The notes: a model not told the origin generated them from the letters alone. DNA of 64,000 bases from an uncultured Gemmatimonadota bacterium (GCA_951812955.1 OX638340.1:3072001-3136000); one strand, 5' to 3'; positions 30,617 through 41,851 are shown, counted from the first letter of the stretch. Made by a program: numbers and translations.

Positions 30617-31999
30617 ATGGATCGACTACACGAAGATTCGGCGGCCGAAGGCGAAGGGAACGCACCTCCTGTGCGTGAGATCGCGCTGCAGGCGCTGCAT
30701 CGCGCCGAAAGCCGGGACATCCTGCCCCGTGATGCCCTCAACGCCCTCTTCCAGCGGCACGCATTCCGTGACCGCGACAAGGCCTTCGCCACCGAATTGG
30801 TGTATGGCGTCATCCGCTGGCGCCGCCGCCTTGACTGGATGCTCGGTCAGCTGTTGCGTGGAAAACCGGAGTCGCTGACGCCGTGGATCCGCCTGATCCT
30901 CCGCATGGGCCTGTACCAGTTGATGCTGATGGACCGGGTCCCCGACGCCGCCGCCACCCATACGTCCGTGGAACTCGCCAGGCGGTACGGACATCAGGGT
31001 ACCGTCCGCCTGACCAATGCAGTCCTGCGGACTGCCGTGCGGAAGCGCGATCAACTGTCGCGGCCCGCGCGCGGGGATGATCCCGTCACGGAACTCGGCG
31101 TAACCCATTCCTATCCGGCATGGCTGTCGAAGCGGTGGATCGATCGGTATGGCGTGGATTCCGCCGCAGCCCTCATGGTGGCCGGGAACCGGCCTCCGCC
31201 GCTGACCATACGGGTCAACGTGCTGCGGGTCGCGGCACCGGACCTCGCCGAGACGCTGGAAGGCCAGGGAATCCAAGTCGAGCCCGGTCGCTGGCTCCGC
31301 GATTTCATGTCCATTCGCCAGGCGGGCGACCTTGGCAGACTGCCCGCTCACGAGGCGGGTTTATTCCAGGTCCAGGACGAGAGCGCGGGCCTCGCGGTGA
31401 GGCTCCTCGGCCCGAAGACCGGCGAAACCGTTGTCGATTTATGTTGCGCTCCGGGCGGAAAAACAACATATATTGCCCAAATTGTCGGCGCGGGCGGAAG
31501 GGTGATCGCCTGCGATTCGTCACCGCATCGACTCAGACGGGTGGAGGAACACCGGCGGCGAATGGGGTTGGGGCAGGTGCGTCTTGTCGCCATGGACGGC
31601 CGGTCGCCCGGTTTGGATGTGAAAGCCGATCGGGTCCTGGTCGACGCCCCCTGTTCCGGACTCGGTACCATTGCGCGCCGGCCCGACCTGCGGTGGCGGC
31701 GAACGGCGGAGGACATAGACCGGCTCCGCGGAGAACAGCTGGCGCTGTTGGAACGAGGCGCCGGACTGGTGAAACCCGGCGGCGTCCTGGTGTACAGTAC
31801 GTGCACCATCGAGCCCGACGAGAATGAAGAGGTCGTTGCCGCGTTCTGCGACAGGCATCCAGGGTTTCGGGCGGACGGCCCCGAAGACTGGCCGGAGGGA
31901 CTGGCCCGGGTCACGGACGGCGTGGGCAGGATCGCCACGCTGCCGTCTGTACACGGCGTAGACGGGAGTTTCGCGGCGCGGCTCAGACGAGCCGGCTGA
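30617..31999 (+). CDS. rsmB: 16S rRNA (cytosine967-C5)-methyltransferase with NusB domain
   Basis: N-terminal NusB-like region, SAM motif DLCAAPGGKT, catalytic PCSGLGT; track ORF begins 30569 with alternative start. Confidence 0.85.
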   Translation: MDRLHEDSAAEGEGNAPPVREIALQALHRAESRDILPRDALNALFQRHAFRDRDKAFATELVYGVIRWRRRLDWMLGQLLRGKPESLTPWIRLILRMGLYQLMLMDRVPDAAATHTSVELARRYGHQGTVRLTNAVLRTAVRKRDQLSRPARGDDPVTELGVTHSYPAWLSKRWIDRYGVDSAAALMVAGNRPPPLTIRVNVLRVAAPDLAETLEGQGIQVEPGRWLRDFMSIRQAGDLGRLPAHEAGLFQVQDESAGLAVRLLGPKTGETVVDLCCAPGGKTTYIAQIVGAGGRVIACDSSPHRLRRVEEHRRRMGLGQVRLVAMDGRSPGLDVKADRVLVDAPCSGLGTIARRPDLRWRRTAEDIDRLRGEQLALLERGAGLVKPGGVLVYSTCTIEPDENEEVVAAFCDRHPGFRADGPEDWPEGLARVTDGVGRIATLPSVHGVDGSFAARLRRAG

Positions 32000-32016
32000 C
32001 CGTACTGGAGCCTATC

Positions 32017-33351
32017 GTGTTTGAAGAATTGACCGGCCGCATGGAGGTAATCGTCAGGAACCTTCGTGGCCAGGGCAAGCTGACGGAAAAGAACATCGAC
32101 GACAGTCTCCGGCAGGTGCGCCGTGCCTTGCTGGAAGCCGATGTGAATTTCAAGGTCGCCCGTTCGTTCATCGATACGGTCAAGGAAAAGGCGCTGGGGC
32201 AGGGCGTGTTGAAAAACCTGTCCCCGGGACAGCAGATGGTGGGCGTCGTCCACCGTGAGCTGATATCGCTGATGGGCGAGGAAGCCGCCGAGATCGCCTT
32301 CGCGGAAACTTCCCCGACCATCGTCATGCTTGTCGGCCTGCAGGGATCCGGCAAGACGACGGCCACGGGGAAGCTCGCCCGATTCTTCCTCGATGCGGGC
32401 CGCCGTCCCATGCTGGCCGCGGCGGACGTCTACCGGCCCGCGGCGGTGAAGCAGTTGCAGGTGCTGGGCGAACAACTGGGCGTTCCGGTCGTGTCCCTCG
32501 GGGACGGCCGTTCACCCGAAACGATCTGCAGGGTCGCTGTGGACCGCGCCGGCCAGGAAGACTGCGACGTCGTCATGCTGGACACGGCGGGTCGCCTGCA
32601 CGTCGATGAAGAAATGATGGAAGAACTGAGCGGGATTCGCGGGGCGGTCCATCCTCACGAGATTCTGCTTGTCGTGGACGGGATGACGGGCCAGGACGCG
32701 GTCAACGTGGCCGAGGCCTTCGATCGGCGCCTCGACATCGACGGCTGCATCCTGACGAAAATGGACGGGGACGCCCGGGGCGGAGCGGCGCTGTCCATAC
32801 GGCAGATTACCCGAAAGCCCATCAAGTTCGTGGGCGTCGGCGAGAAACTGGAAGCCCTGGAAGTGTTCCACCCCGAACGGATGGCTTCCCGGATCCTCGG
32901 AATGGGCGACGTGGTCTCCCTGGTCGAACGGGCGCAGGCCACGATAGACGTGGAGGAAGCCCGAAAGCTCGAAACGAAGCTACGCAAGCAGACATTCAAT
33001 CTCGAGGATTTCCGGTCGCAACTCCAGCAACTGGGGAAAATGGGTTCCATGCAGGAACTGGTAGAGATGATGCCCGGTTTTAACAGGAAGGCGTTGAAGG
33101 GCATGGACATGGATGAGAAAGCGCTCGTTCGCATGGACGCCATACTGAGTTCCATGACCAAACATGAAAGGGCGCGCCCCGTGGTGATCAACGGCAGCAG
33201 GCGCCGCCGGATCGCACGGGGAAGCGGAACGAGCGTGCAGGAGGTGAATCAGTTACTGAAACAGTACAATATGATGCAGAAGATGATGAAGCAGTTAAAC
33301 CGGCCGGGCGCCCTCGAGCAGCTCGGTCAAAGGATGTTACCGTTCAGGTAG
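32017..33351 (+). CDS. ffh: Signal recognition particle protein Ffh
   Basis: GTG start; GLQGSGKTT, DTAGR, M-domain Met-rich C-terminus. Confidence 0.9.
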   Translation: MFEELTGRMEVIVRNLRGQGKLTEKNIDDSLRQVRRALLEADVNFKVARSFIDTVKEKALGQGVLKNLSPGQQMVGVVHRELISLMGEEAAEIAFAETSPTIVMLVGLQGSGKTTATGKLARFFLDAGRRPMLAAADVYRPAAVKQLQVLGEQLGVPVVSLGDGRSPETICRVAVDRAGQEDCDVVMLDTAGRLHVDEEMMEELSGIRGAVHPHEILLVVDGMTGQDAVNVAEAFDRRLDIDGCILTKMDGDARGGAALSIRQITRKPIKFVGVGEKLEALEVFHPERMASRILGMGDVVSLVERAQATIDVEEARKLETKLRKQTFNLEDFRSQLQQLGKMGSMQELVEMMPGFNRKALKGMDMDEKALVRMDAILSSMTKHERARPVVINGSRRRRIARGSGTSVQEVNQLLKQYNMMQKMMKQLNRPGALEQLGQRMLPFR

Positions 33352-33366
33352 CAAAAGGAGCGAAAC

Positions 33367-33651
33367 ATGCCAGTGGCCATAAGGCTTCGGCGCACGGGAG
33401 CCAAGAAAAGACCGTTTTACCGGATCGTCGTAGCAGACAACCGCACCCGCCTGGGTGGGAAGTATATCGATAGCCTGGGCTACTACAACCCCATTTCGCC
33501 CGAACAGCTGGAGATGGACGTGGACAAGGCCGTCGATTGGCTCAACCGCGGCGCCCAGCCGAGCGACACCGTGCGGTCTCTTCTCGTGAAGAGCGGCGCG
33601 ATGGCGAAATGGCGCGGCATAGAACCGGCTGCGGCTGAAGCGGCGGAGTGA
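33367..33651 (+). CDS. rpsP: 30S ribosomal protein S16
   Basis: MPVAIRLRRTGAKKRPFYRIVVAD. Confidence 0.9.
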   Translation: MPVAIRLRRTGAKKRPFYRIVVADNRTRLGGKYIDSLGYYNPISPEQLEMDVDKAVDWLNRGAQPSDTVRSLLVKSGAMAKWRGIEPAAAEAAE

Positions 33652-34205
33652 ACCGACGCGTAACCGGCGCCGGCTGGCCGGGGCGGGATGCAGTGAGCGC
33701 AGACTGGATCGATATCGGGTTCATCAGAAAACCCCATGGACTCAGGGGCTACGTACGGGTGGAAGGGTTGACGGACGCTCCGGACCGGTTCGAGGACCTT
33801 GACCGGATCGGCGTGGAACGTAAGGACGGCGAACGGGAAACGCTGGAGATCGAACGTTGCAGCCGGGATGGGAACGGCTGGCTGATGAAGTTCCTCGGGA
33901 TCGATACGACGGAGAACGCACAACGGCTTCGCGGAGCGTACATCCAGGTGCCCGAAGAAGCCGTCGCCCCGTTGCCCCGAGACGTCTACTACGTCTTCGA
34001 ACTCGAGGGCTGCGCGGTCGTTTCCGACGAGGGAGAAGAAATCGGAACCATCCGCGAGGTACTTTCCATGCCCGCCAACGACGTGTTCGTTGTGGACACG
34101 CCGGCAGGAGAAGCCATGATCCCGGCGGTCCGGGATATCGTCGTGGAATTCGATCCCGGGGGTGCCAGGATCGTCATTCGCAAGATACCGGGACTGATCT
34201 CGTAA
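33648..34205 (+). CDS. rimM: Ribosome maturation factor RimM
   Basis: GTGA overlap with rpsP; IGFIRKPHGLRGYVRVE, PRC barrel C-terminus; true start possibly GTG 33696. Confidence 0.8.
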   Translation: MNRRVTGAGWPGRDAVSADWIDIGFIRKPHGLRGYVRVEGLTDAPDRFEDLDRIGVERKDGERETLEIERCSRDGNGWLMKFLGIDTTENAQRLRGAYIQVPEEAVAPLPRDVYYVFELEGCAVVSDEGEEIGTIREVLSMPANDVFVVDTPAGEAMIPAVRDIVVEFDPGGARIVIRKIPGLIS

Positions 34206-34216
34206 CGGAACTGATC

Positions 34217-34972
34217 ATGAGAATCGACATACTTACGGCCTTTCCGGGTGTATTCGCGGGACCCTTCGGGGAGAGTATCGCGGGCCGGGCATGCAGACGG
34301 GACCTGGTGGATGTATTTATCCACGACCTGCGAGCTTTTACCTCGGACCGCCACAAGACCATCGATGACTACGCATACGGCGGAAGCCCGGGCATGGTGC
34401 TCAAGCCGGAGCCCATATTCCGGGGCGTAAGCCACATTCGACGGCAGGTGGACGGGGCGTCCACGGCGGACCGGACCCGTACCGTACTGTTGTCGGCCAG
34501 GGGCAGACCGTTCTTGCAGGAAACCGCAAAGGCCTTCGCGGAAATGGATCAGCTCGTCCTCATCTGCGGACACTACAAGGGTGTCGACGAACGCGTGGCC
34601 ACGGGACTGGGCGCCGATGAATATTCCGTGGGTGATTTCGTCGTCACCGGCGGTGAAATTCCGGCCATGATGATAGCGGACGCCGTGATCCGTCTCCTTC
34701 CCGGGACCCTGGGTGAAAAGGCGTCCGCGGTCACGGATTCGCACTACGATGGACTGCTTGGCAACGCCGTGTACACGCGGCCGGAGCGTTTCCATGACTG
34801 GGGCGTACCCCCGGTGCTGCTTTCCGGGCACCACGAGCGCATCGAAAAATGGGAGCGGCAAGACGCACTTAAGAAGACCTTTCAGCAACGGCCTGAATTA
34901 CTGAAGACCGTGGAATTGACCGGAGAGGACAGGACCTATCTGGAGACACTTCAACGGAACGAGAACGGATAG
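34217..34972 (+). CDS. trmD: tRNA (guanine37-N1)-methyltransferase
   Basis: [13 protein letters not shown]...[17 protein letters not shown]; ATG located at 34217 inside longer track ORF. Confidence 0.9.
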   Translation: MRIDILTAFPGVFAGPFGESIAGRACRRDLVDVFIHDLRAFTSDRHKTIDDYAYGGSPGMVLKPEPIFRGVSHIRRQVDGASTADRTRTVLLSARGRPFLQETAKAFAEMDQLVLICGHYKGVDERVATGLGADEYSVGDFVVTGGEIPAMMIADAVIRLLPGTLGEKASAVTDSHYDGLLGNAVYTRPERFHDWGVPPVLLSGHHERIEKWERQDALKKTFQQRPELLKTVELTGEDRTYLETLQRNENG

Positions 34973-35010
34973 CACCACCCGCGATCGTTCGAAAGGACGC
35001 GAGCAGAACC

Positions 35011-35355
35011 ATGGAAGCACTAGATACGATCACCCGGGACCAGTTGCGGACCGACCTGCCCGAATTCCGATCGGGAGACACCATACGGGTGGAGGTCAAA
35101 GTCCGCGAAGGCGACAAGGAACGCGTACAGCTCTACCAGGGCGTGGTCATCCAGCAGTCCGGCCACGGCATCGGCGAGACGATTACGGTTCGCAAGATTT
35201 CACAGGGCATCGGCGTCGAGCGGATCTTCCCGCTGCATTCGCCATCGATCGGCAAGATCCAGGTGTTGCGCCGGGGCAAAGTAAGGAAATCTCGGATCTA
35301 CTACCTGAGGAAGCTGAGGGGCAAGGCCGCGCGGATCGCCGAACGGCGCAATTGA
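35011..35355 (+). CDS. rplS: 50S ribosomal protein L19
   Basis: 114 aa, L19 pattern [16 protein letters not shown]. Confidence 0.9.
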   Translation: MEALDTITRDQLRTDLPEFRSGDTIRVEVKVREGDKERVQLYQGVVIQQSGHGIGETITVRKISQGIGVERIFPLHSPSIGKIQVLRRGKVRKSRIYYLRKLRGKAARIAERRN

Positions 35356-36002
35356 GCGTGGCGTCGGCCGACGCGGAACGGGAAAGACTCCGGGCAATGG
35401 CCGTCCTCGAACGATCCCTCCTAGGCCGCGGCGTCAGGCGCGCGGCCGGAATCGACGAAGCCGGGAGGGGTGCCCTGGCCGGTCCCGTGGTCGCGGCCGC
35501 CGTGATTTTGCCGGACGATGCCATGATTCCGGGCCTGGACGATTCGAAACGCCTCTCTCCCGCTAAACGGGACGCGCTTTTCGACAAAATCACGGGCATC
35601 GCCACGGCAATCGGCGTCGGCCGTATCGAAGCGGCCGAGATCGACGCCGTGAACATCCGCCGCGCGAACCTCCTCGCCATGAAGGAAGCCGTGGAAGCCC
35701 TTGTACCGCCCCCCGGACATCTGCTCATCGACGGGATCGACGCGATCGACTGGCAGGGCCCCCAGACCACCGTGGTGGGAGGCGACGCGAGCAGTATCTC
35801 CATCGCGGCCGCCTCCATCATCGCGAAGGTGACCCGTGACCGTATCATGGTAGCCAGCGACCCGGTATTCCCCGAGTACGGTTTCGCCCGTCACAAGGGC
35901 TACGGCACGGCGGCGCACCTGGCAGCGCTCGAGGCCCATGGTCCTTCGGCCGCGCATCGGCGTTCTTTCCTGCGGAAGAGATTCAATTTCGACCCGGCCT
36001 GA
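35352..36002 (+). CDS. rnhB: Ribonuclease HII
   Basis: TTG start overlapping rplS stop; [22 protein letters not shown]. Confidence 0.85.
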   Translation: MSVASADAERERLRAMAVLERSLLGRGVRRAAGIDEAGRGALAGPVVAAAVILPDDAMIPGLDDSKRLSPAKRDALFDKITGIATAIGVGRIEAAEIDAVNIRRANLLAMKEAVEALVPPPGHLLIDGIDAIDWQGPQTTVVGGDASSISIAAASIIAKVTRDRIMVASDPVFPEYGFARHKGYGTAAHLAALEAHGPSAAHRRSFLRKRFNFDPA

Positions 36003-36070
36003 CACCGGTCCGGTTTGTTACAACGGTCTACCGGCCCGCGTTCATCCCGGACATCAGACCCGCAAAAACC

Positions 36071-36445
36071 ATGGCAGAATCTACGCATACCCGGGGATCA
36101 CGCGGCGAGTCCATCGCGGAAGCGTTCCTGTGCCGGAAGGGCCATGCCGTACTGGCCAGGAACTTCAGGGATCCCGCCTCGCGATGCGAGATCGACCTCG
36201 TCACCAGGGACGGAGACGAACTCGTCTTCGTGGAAGTCAAGGCCGGCACCGGCCGGCGGTTCGGCGATCCTCAATCCTGGGTGAACGCGCGGAAACAGCG
36301 GCATATCGCCCGGGCCGCCCGCCGGTTCCTGCAGGATGGAAGCTTGCACGATACACCGTGCCGGTTCGATGTCGTCGGAATAGATCTGTCGCTGGATCCT
36401 CCCCGCGTAACGCACCTGGAACACGCGTTCTGGAGTGCCGGTTGA
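36071..36445 (+). CDS. yraN: YraN-family (UPF0102) endonuclease
   Basis: 124 aa; GESIAEAFL, EIDLVTRDGDELVFVEVK. Confidence 0.75.
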   Translation: MAESTHTRGSRGESIAEAFLCRKGHAVLARNFRDPASRCEIDLVTRDGDELVFVEVKAGTGRRFGDPQSWVNARKQRHIARAARRFLQDGSLHDTPCRFDVVGIDLSLDPPRVTHLEHAFWSAG

Positions 36446-36530
36446 TGGAATTCGGCTGCCTTAAGGCAAACGATCGGCGGCGATTCTCCCGTTTCGGATG
36501 CACGGAAGGGAACAGTCGGGGCGGCATGCC

Positions 36531-37748
36531 ATGCTGAGACCACGCAATGCGCTGAAAGTCCTCGCCGCGGGATGTGTTCTGCTCTGGATCGTGGATGGTT
36601 TCCTGATTATCCGCGCCGAATCTCCCCGCCCCGCACCGTCCCCTGACTCCGGGCCCGATGCGTCCGCCGGATCCGCGGCGTCCGCCGGATTCCGGTCCGG
36701 TACGCGCTACGCGGGCGCAATCCACGTACATTCCACCTACTCCGACGGGGGCGGCACGGTCGCGGATATCGTCCGGGCCGGACAGCGCACGGGACTGGAC
36801 TTCGTGGTGCTGACCGACCACGATACGCTGCAGCCCCGGTTCGACGGCCACCAGGGATACCATGACGGGCTGCTGCTGATCGTCGGCGAGGAAGTCAATA
36901 CCAGCGCGGGACACCTGCTGGCCCTCGGTGTGGGAAGGGACGTGGATCAGCGGGGACCGCTGGGATTACCCGCGTTGGTCAGGGAAATATCGGACGCGGG
37001 CGGCCTGTCCATCGCGGCCCATCCCACGGGCCGCCGGCCCTGGACAGACTGGACCCTGGAGGAGATGGACGGACTGGAGCTGCTCAACGCAGACTCCGAA
37101 TGGCGGGACGACGGCGTGCTGGAACTGGCGCGGGCCGTCGTTTTCCTGCCGTTCCTGCCCGACGGCGTATTCAACAGCCTCATCGACCGTCCCGACGAGG
37201 CCATCCGGCTTTGGACGCATCGCGCGCTGCACCAGCCAGTGACCGTGATCGGCAGCGTGGACGCCCACGAGCGCATTCCGCTCTGGGGCGAACGCCACTT
37301 GTCCTTCCCAACCTACGAGCGTCTGTTCGGTCTGATACGGACCTACGTGATAACGGACACCGAACTGACCGGCGACGCGGAAATAGATGAGGCGATGCTG
37401 GTGGACGCGATCCGGCGCGGGAGCTGTTATCTGGTGCTGGAAGGCTACGAACCTGCGCCGGCCTTTTCCTTCGAACTCACCAGAGGAGCAATAAGAACGC
37501 CCATGGGGTCCAGTGTCGGTTTTCAGGAAGGTGAACGGATACACGTAACTGCGCCATCATCCGGCCCGGTACGCATAAGGTTGTATAGAAACGAATTGCC
37601 GCTGATCGAGACCGAAGGCCATGAACTGTTCGTGGAGGTCCCCGGTCCGGGAGTTTACCACACCGAAGTCTACCAACAGCGCGGAACCCTGCTGCGCGGC
37701 GAGCGTCAGAGACTCTGGATCATATCAAACGCGATCCGGGTGGAGTAG
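36531..37748 (+). CDS. PHP-domain (CehA/McbA-like) metallohydrolase with N-terminal membrane anchor/signal
   Basis: AIHVHSTYSDGGG PHP motif, hydrophobic N-terminus LKVLAAGCVLLWIVDGFLII; track ORF starts 36498. Confidence 0.65.
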   Translation: MLRPRNALKVLAAGCVLLWIVDGFLIIRAESPRPAPSPDSGPDASAGSAASAGFRSGTRYAGAIHVHSTYSDGGGTVADIVRAGQRTGLDFVVLTDHDTLQPRFDGHQGYHDGLLLIVGEEVNTSAGHLLALGVGRDVDQRGPLGLPALVREISDAGGLSIAAHPTGRRPWTDWTLEEMDGLELLNADSEWRDDGVLELARAVVFLPFLPDGVFNSLIDRPDEAIRLWTHRALHQPVTVIGSVDAHERIPLWGERHLSFPTYERLFGLIRTYVITDTELTGDAEIDEAMLVDAIRRGSCYLVLEGYEPAPAFSFELTRGAIRTPMGSSVGFQEGERIHVTAPSSGPVRIRLYRNELPLIETEGHELFVEVPGPGVYHTEVYQQRGTLLRGERQRLWIISNAIRVE

Positions 37749-37835
37749 GTCGCTCCTCCCGCATTGGAGTAGGTTCCTCCCGCATTGGAGCAGGTCGCTC
37801 CTCCCGCATTGGAGCAGGTCGCTCCTTCCGCCTGG
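37742..37835. repeat. Four tandem 21-24 bp repeats (ggagYaggtcgctcctcccgcatt), each a GGAGC-loop-GCTCC hairpin, between convergent PHP and pyrC genes; likely bidirectional terminator region
   Basis: units at 37742-37765, 37766-37786, 37787-37810, 37811-37835; first unit includes PHP stop codon. Confidence 0.6.
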
Positions 37836-37841
37836 ACCGGC

Positions 37842-38849
37842 CTAATGCACGTCCGCCACCGTCCAGTCCAGTTTCCTTCCAGGATACATGGGGATGACGT
37901 CGCCGTACCGCTCAGGTATGACCGCCCCTGTTTTTTCGAACACCACGGTTTTCTCCGGCGGCGCGACGCCGTAGATCCGTTGCGCGTTGTCCGAGACGAA
38001 GGCCTGCAACTGGTCCAGCGCGCCGTTTTCTTCGAAAAGTCCGACGAGCATCTGAAGGGCCACGGGGGCGGTGAAGACCCCGGCGGCGCAGCCGGCGCAC
38101 TCTTTCCTGTCAACCGGGTGCGGCGCGGAATCGCTGCCGAAGGCCAGCTTGGGGTGGGCTTCGAGGGCCCGTGCGAGAAGCGCGTCGCGGTCTTCCGGCC
38201 GCTTGGCGATCGGCTTGCAGAAGAGGTGGGGATTGAGCAGGCCGCCCGCCACGTCGTCCAGGGTGATCAGCAGGTGCTGCAGGGTGACGGTCGCGTACAG
38301 GTTCTCGTGACGGTCCAACAGCGCGGCGGCCTCCAGCGTCGTGATGTGTTCCATGACGATGTCCAGCCGGGGGAAACGCGCGGCCAGATCTTCGTAGACC
38401 GGGAGGAACGCGCGCTCGCGGTCCAGCACGAAATCCGACGTTTCACCGTGAACCATCAAACGGATTCCCATTTCCTCCATGCTGGCCAGGGTATCCTCCA
38501 CGTCGCGGAGGTTGCCGACCCCTGTGTCGCTGTGGGTAGTGACGCCCTCCGGGTACAGCTTGACACCGATGATCCGGTCCTTCATCGAGGCCAGTTCCTT
38601 TTCGGTATAGGGCCGCATGAACAGGGTCATGTACGGTTCGAAGGCGTGGCCGGCCACGGCCGTCCTGACTTCGGCCGCGTACCGTTCCAGCCGGCCGAAA
38701 TCATCCACCGGAGGCACCAGGTTGGGCATGATCACACCGCCGGCGAAGGTCCTGGCGCTCAACGGCGCCACGCGCCTCAGCATATCGCCTTCGCGGAAGT
38801 GGATGTGCATGTCCAGGGGGGAATGGAGGAAGCAGGTCGGGTTCGTCAT
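37842..38849 (-). CDS. pyrC: Dihydroorotase, homodimeric (class II) type
   Basis: start [27 protein letters not shown] (metal-binding HxH) ... [12 protein letters not shown]; ATG at 38849 (longer track ORF has spurious N-extension). Confidence 0.85.
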   Translation of the reverse strand: MTNPTCFLHSPLDMHIHFREGDMLRRVAPLSARTFAGGVIMPNLVPPVDDFGRLERYAAEVRTAVAGHAFEPYMTLFMRPYTEKELASMKDRIIGVKLYPEGVTTHSDTGVGNLRDVEDTLASMEEMGIRLMVHGETSDFVLDRERAFLPVYEDLAARFPRLDIVMEHITTLEAAALLDRHENLYATVTLQHLLITLDDVAGGLLNPHLFCKPIAKRPEDRDALLARALEAHPKLAFGSDSAPHPVDRKECAGCAAGVFTAPVALQMLVGLFEENGALDQLQAFVSDNAQRIYGVAPPEKTVVFEKTGAVIPERYGDVIPMYPGRKLDWTVADVH

Positions 38850-38884
38850 GGGAAGAGCAGGATTCCGAATTACGCCATTTGAAT

Positions 38885-39979
38885 TCAGGGGACGGGGTCG
38901 TAGAAGGGCAGGTCCGCGATTTCGGCGACGGCCGTGCCGCCGCTTACCTCGACGTCCAACGGTCCGCCCGACTCCCTGTATCTGCGCCGGATGAATCCCA
39001 GCGCGATGATCTTGTTTACGGCCCTTCCATGCACGGCCGTCGTGATCCAGCCGGCATCCTTCCCATCCTGCCGAATCGCGGCATCTCGTTCGGGCAGCGT
39101 TTCCCCTTCGATGACCAGACCCGAGAGCAACCTGTTGGGACGCCCACGGTGCTCCATCATCACGACGGGCTCCTGCCCGACGTAGCATCCCTTGGTGAAA
39201 CTGACCGCCCGGTCTTTCACCGCCTCGTTGGGGATGATCCGGCCGTCCAGTTCCGCCGTACAGCGGGGAATGCCGGCTTCCACGCGCAGTACCTCCAGGG
39301 TCTCGTGTCCGATAGGGACGCAGTCGCCGCCGTCTCCGCAGTCGCCGCCGTCTCCGCTGAGCAACGCTTTCCAGGCTTCGTCTGCGCTTCCGGCGGGGAC
39401 GTAAACGTCATAGTCTCTTTCACCCGTGCGGTGGGACCGCGCTACGGTCAGGGACAGGCCGTTCCACGCCAACTCGACGTGTCCGCAGGGCGGCAGGCGG
39501 TCCAGGGGACCGGACAGGCGCCGGATGCAGTCGTCCGCCCGTCTCCCATACAGGCCGATCAATCCGTACTGCGAGGTGACGTCCGTGATCTCGACGTCGT
39601 CCATGAGCGCGTACCGATCGAGCGTGTCCCGGAGAACGCCCGCCATCCCCGGCTCCACGTCGATGAGCAGGTCCTCTTCCCGGACATAGACCGACATGTC
39701 CGAGATGATCTTACCCTGGGGCGTCAGCATGCAGGCATAGACGCCCTCTCCGGCGTCCAGGCCTTCCACGTCGTTGGTCACCACGCGGTGCAGGAAGCGC
39801 TGCCGGTCCGCGCCGGTCATTCGCAGTTTGCCGCGGCAGGACAGGTCGCACAGGCCGGCGGCGGTCCGGACGGCGCGGTACTCGGCGGCGGCGTCTCCGT
39901 AGTGTAGCACGGACACCCGGCCCTGGAAGTCCCCGGATACCGCGCCGAAATCGTCGTGTGAAATGTACGTTGCGCTCAT
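38885..39979 (-). CDS. ygfZ: YgfZ/GcvT-family folate-binding protein
   Basis: 364 aa; YgfZ signature KGCYVGQEP; contains in-frame 18-bp tandem duplication ([12 protein letters not shown]). Confidence 0.75.
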   Translation of the reverse strand: MSATYISHDDFGAVSGDFQGRVSVLHYGDAAAEYRAVRTAAGLCDLSCRGKLRMTGADRQRFLHRVVTNDVEGLDAGEGVYACMLTPQGKIISDMSVYVREEDLLIDVEPGMAGVLRDTLDRYALMDDVEITDVTSQYGLIGLYGRRADDCIRRLSGPLDRLPPCGHVELAWNGLSLTVARSHRTGERDYDVYVPAGSADEAWKALLSGDGGDCGDGGDCVPIGHETLEVLRVEAGIPRCTAELDGRIIPNEAVKDRAVSFTKGCYVGQEPVVMMEHRGRPNRLLSGLVIEGETLPERDAAIRQDGKDAGWITTAVHGRAVNKIIALGFIRRRYRESGGPLDVEVSGGTAVAEIADLPFYDPVP

Positions 39980-40095
39980 CGGTCGCCCGGAGTTTGCTTT
40001 CGGCTTGAGACATCGGCTTAAACACAGCGAAATCGCAATGTATCAATGCGCCCGGCCCGCGCTTCTGTCAATCGATATTTTCGGTTCGGCAGGGG

Positions 40096-40124
40096 CCTTT
40101 TGGGTTGACACTTCGCCGTCTTTT
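40096..40124 (+). promoter_or_regulatory. Candidate promoter TTGACA-17-TATGCT upstream of glyQS
   Basis: perfect -35, 4/6 -10, about 85 nt before start; AGGAAAGGA RBS before GTG. Confidence 0.4.
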
Positions 40125-40210
40125 CGTTATGCTGATCGCGTTGTTTGCGGCATGCCGGAAGCGCCGCACTACCTGTCGTCTTCCCTTGAATAGTATAGGA
40201 AAGGATCGCG

Positions 40211-41809
40211 GTGCCTGCCGTCTCGCTGGAACAGCTCGTTTCGCTTTGCAAACGCCGCGGAATCATCTACCCGGGTTCCGAAATATACGGCGGGTTGCAG
40301 GGTCTGTACGATTACGGCCCGGTGGGCGTCGAGCTGAAGAACAACATCGTGGACTCCTGGTGGCGAAAGAACGTCTATGAACGCGATGACATGGAAGGGC
40401 TCGACAGCGCCATCCTGATGAACCCGCAGACCTGGAAGTATTCGGGTCACGAGGAAACCTTCGTCGATCCCCTGGTGGACTGCCGGAAATGCCAGGGACG
40501 CTGGCGCGCCGACCAGGTTGGAGGAGCCTGCCCGTCGTGCGGTTCCACGGACCTGACCGAACCGCGGCCCTTCAACCTGATGTTCAAGACCCAGGTGGGC
40601 CCTGTCTCGGAGGAGGACGCGTACGCCTATCTGCGTCCCGAGACCGCCCAGGGCATTTTCGTTAATTTCAACAACGTGCTGACCACCACGGCACGCAAGC
40701 TGCCCTTCGGCATCGCGCAGGTGGGCAAGGGGTTCCGCAACGAGATCAATCCCCGCAACTTCCTGTTCCGCGTGCGTGAATTCGACATGCTGGAAATCGA
40801 ATTCTTCGTCCATCCCGGCACGGAGGACGAATGGCAGGACCGGTGGCTGGAAGACCGGCTCGACTGGTGGGAGCACATCGGGGTAGGCCGCGACGCCATC
40901 CGGATCCTGGATGTGCCGCGGGAGGACCTCGCCCACTACTCCAAGAAGACCTACGACCTGATGTACCGGTATCCCTCCCTCGGCTACGAGGAACTGGAGG
41001 GCATTGCCAGCCGGACGGATTTCGATCTGGGTTCGCACACGCGGTACCAGGAGCAGTACGATCTCACGGCGGACGTGGCGGAGAACCCGTCCAGCACGAC
41101 GCGGCTGTCCTACTTCGATCCGCAGGCGAACCGCCACGTGATCCCCTTCGTGGTCGAGCCGTCGGCGGGTGTCGGACGCTGCCTGCTGGCCGTGCTCAGC
41201 GAGGCCTACGATGAACCCATGGTCAAGGCGCCGCCCGGGGATAAACTCGAGGGCGTCAAGGACGGGCTGGAGGCATTCAATGCGTCCGTCTCGAAGAACA
41301 AGAAGCTGCCCGCGGAGGCGCGTGAATCCATGCTGGCCTTCGGGGAGTCCATCGCCGGTGAACTGCCCGAAAGCATGCCGCGCATCGATGCGCTCCTGGC
41401 CATACCCGGCGCCGACCGGATCAAGGAGGGCAAGACGCTTAGGAACCTGTCGCAGAAGGTCATCGGCGACCACTACCGGACGGTGTTGCGGCTCAGGCCC
41501 CACCTGGCCCCGGTCAAGGTGGCAGTCTTCCCCCTGAAGCGGACCGACGAGCGTCTGGCATCCACGGCCCGGGAGATACGCAAGTCGCTGCAGACCGGTG
41601 GCAGGATCCGCACGGTCTACGACGATACGGGCGCCATCGGCAAGCTCTACAGGCGCCAGGACGAAATCGGCACGCCGCTCTGCGTCACGGTCGATTTCCA
41701 GACGATCGACGATCAGGCGGTGACGGTCCGCGACCGGGATACCATGGTGCAGGACCGGGTTTCCATCAATGAACTGAAGGATTACGTAGAAGAAAAGCTC
41801 GCGTCATGA
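40211..41809 (+). CDS. glyQS: Glycyl-tRNA synthetase, alpha2 (GlyQS) type
   Basis: 532 aa; LCKRRGIIYPGSEIYGG, class II motifs, C-terminal anticodon-binding domain. Confidence 0.9.
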   Translation: MPAVSLEQLVSLCKRRGIIYPGSEIYGGLQGLYDYGPVGVELKNNIVDSWWRKNVYERDDMEGLDSAILMNPQTWKYSGHEETFVDPLVDCRKCQGRWRADQVGGACPSCGSTDLTEPRPFNLMFKTQVGPVSEEDAYAYLRPETAQGIFVNFNNVLTTTARKLPFGIAQVGKGFRNEINPRNFLFRVREFDMLEIEFFVHPGTEDEWQDRWLEDRLDWWEHIGVGRDAIRILDVPREDLAHYSKKTYDLMYRYPSLGYEELEGIASRTDFDLGSHTRYQEQYDLTADVAENPSSTTRLSYFDPQANRHVIPFVVEPSAGVGRCLLAVLSEAYDEPMVKAPPGDKLEGVKDGLEAFNASVSKNKKLPAEARESMLAFGESIAGELPESMPRIDALLAIPGADRIKEGKTLRNLSQKVIGDHYRTVLRLRPHLAPVKVAVFPLKRTDERLASTAREIRKSLQTGGRIRTVYDDTGAIGKLYRRQDEIGTPLCVTVDFQTIDDQAVTVRDRDTMVQDRVSINELKDYVEEKLAS

Positions 41810-41851
41810 CGGGATCGCCTCCGAGGCGAACGGGACCGAAAGGAGCAACAC

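Noticed and set aside
40169-41503. 444-aa minus-strand ORF
   Set aside because: Antisense to glyQS.
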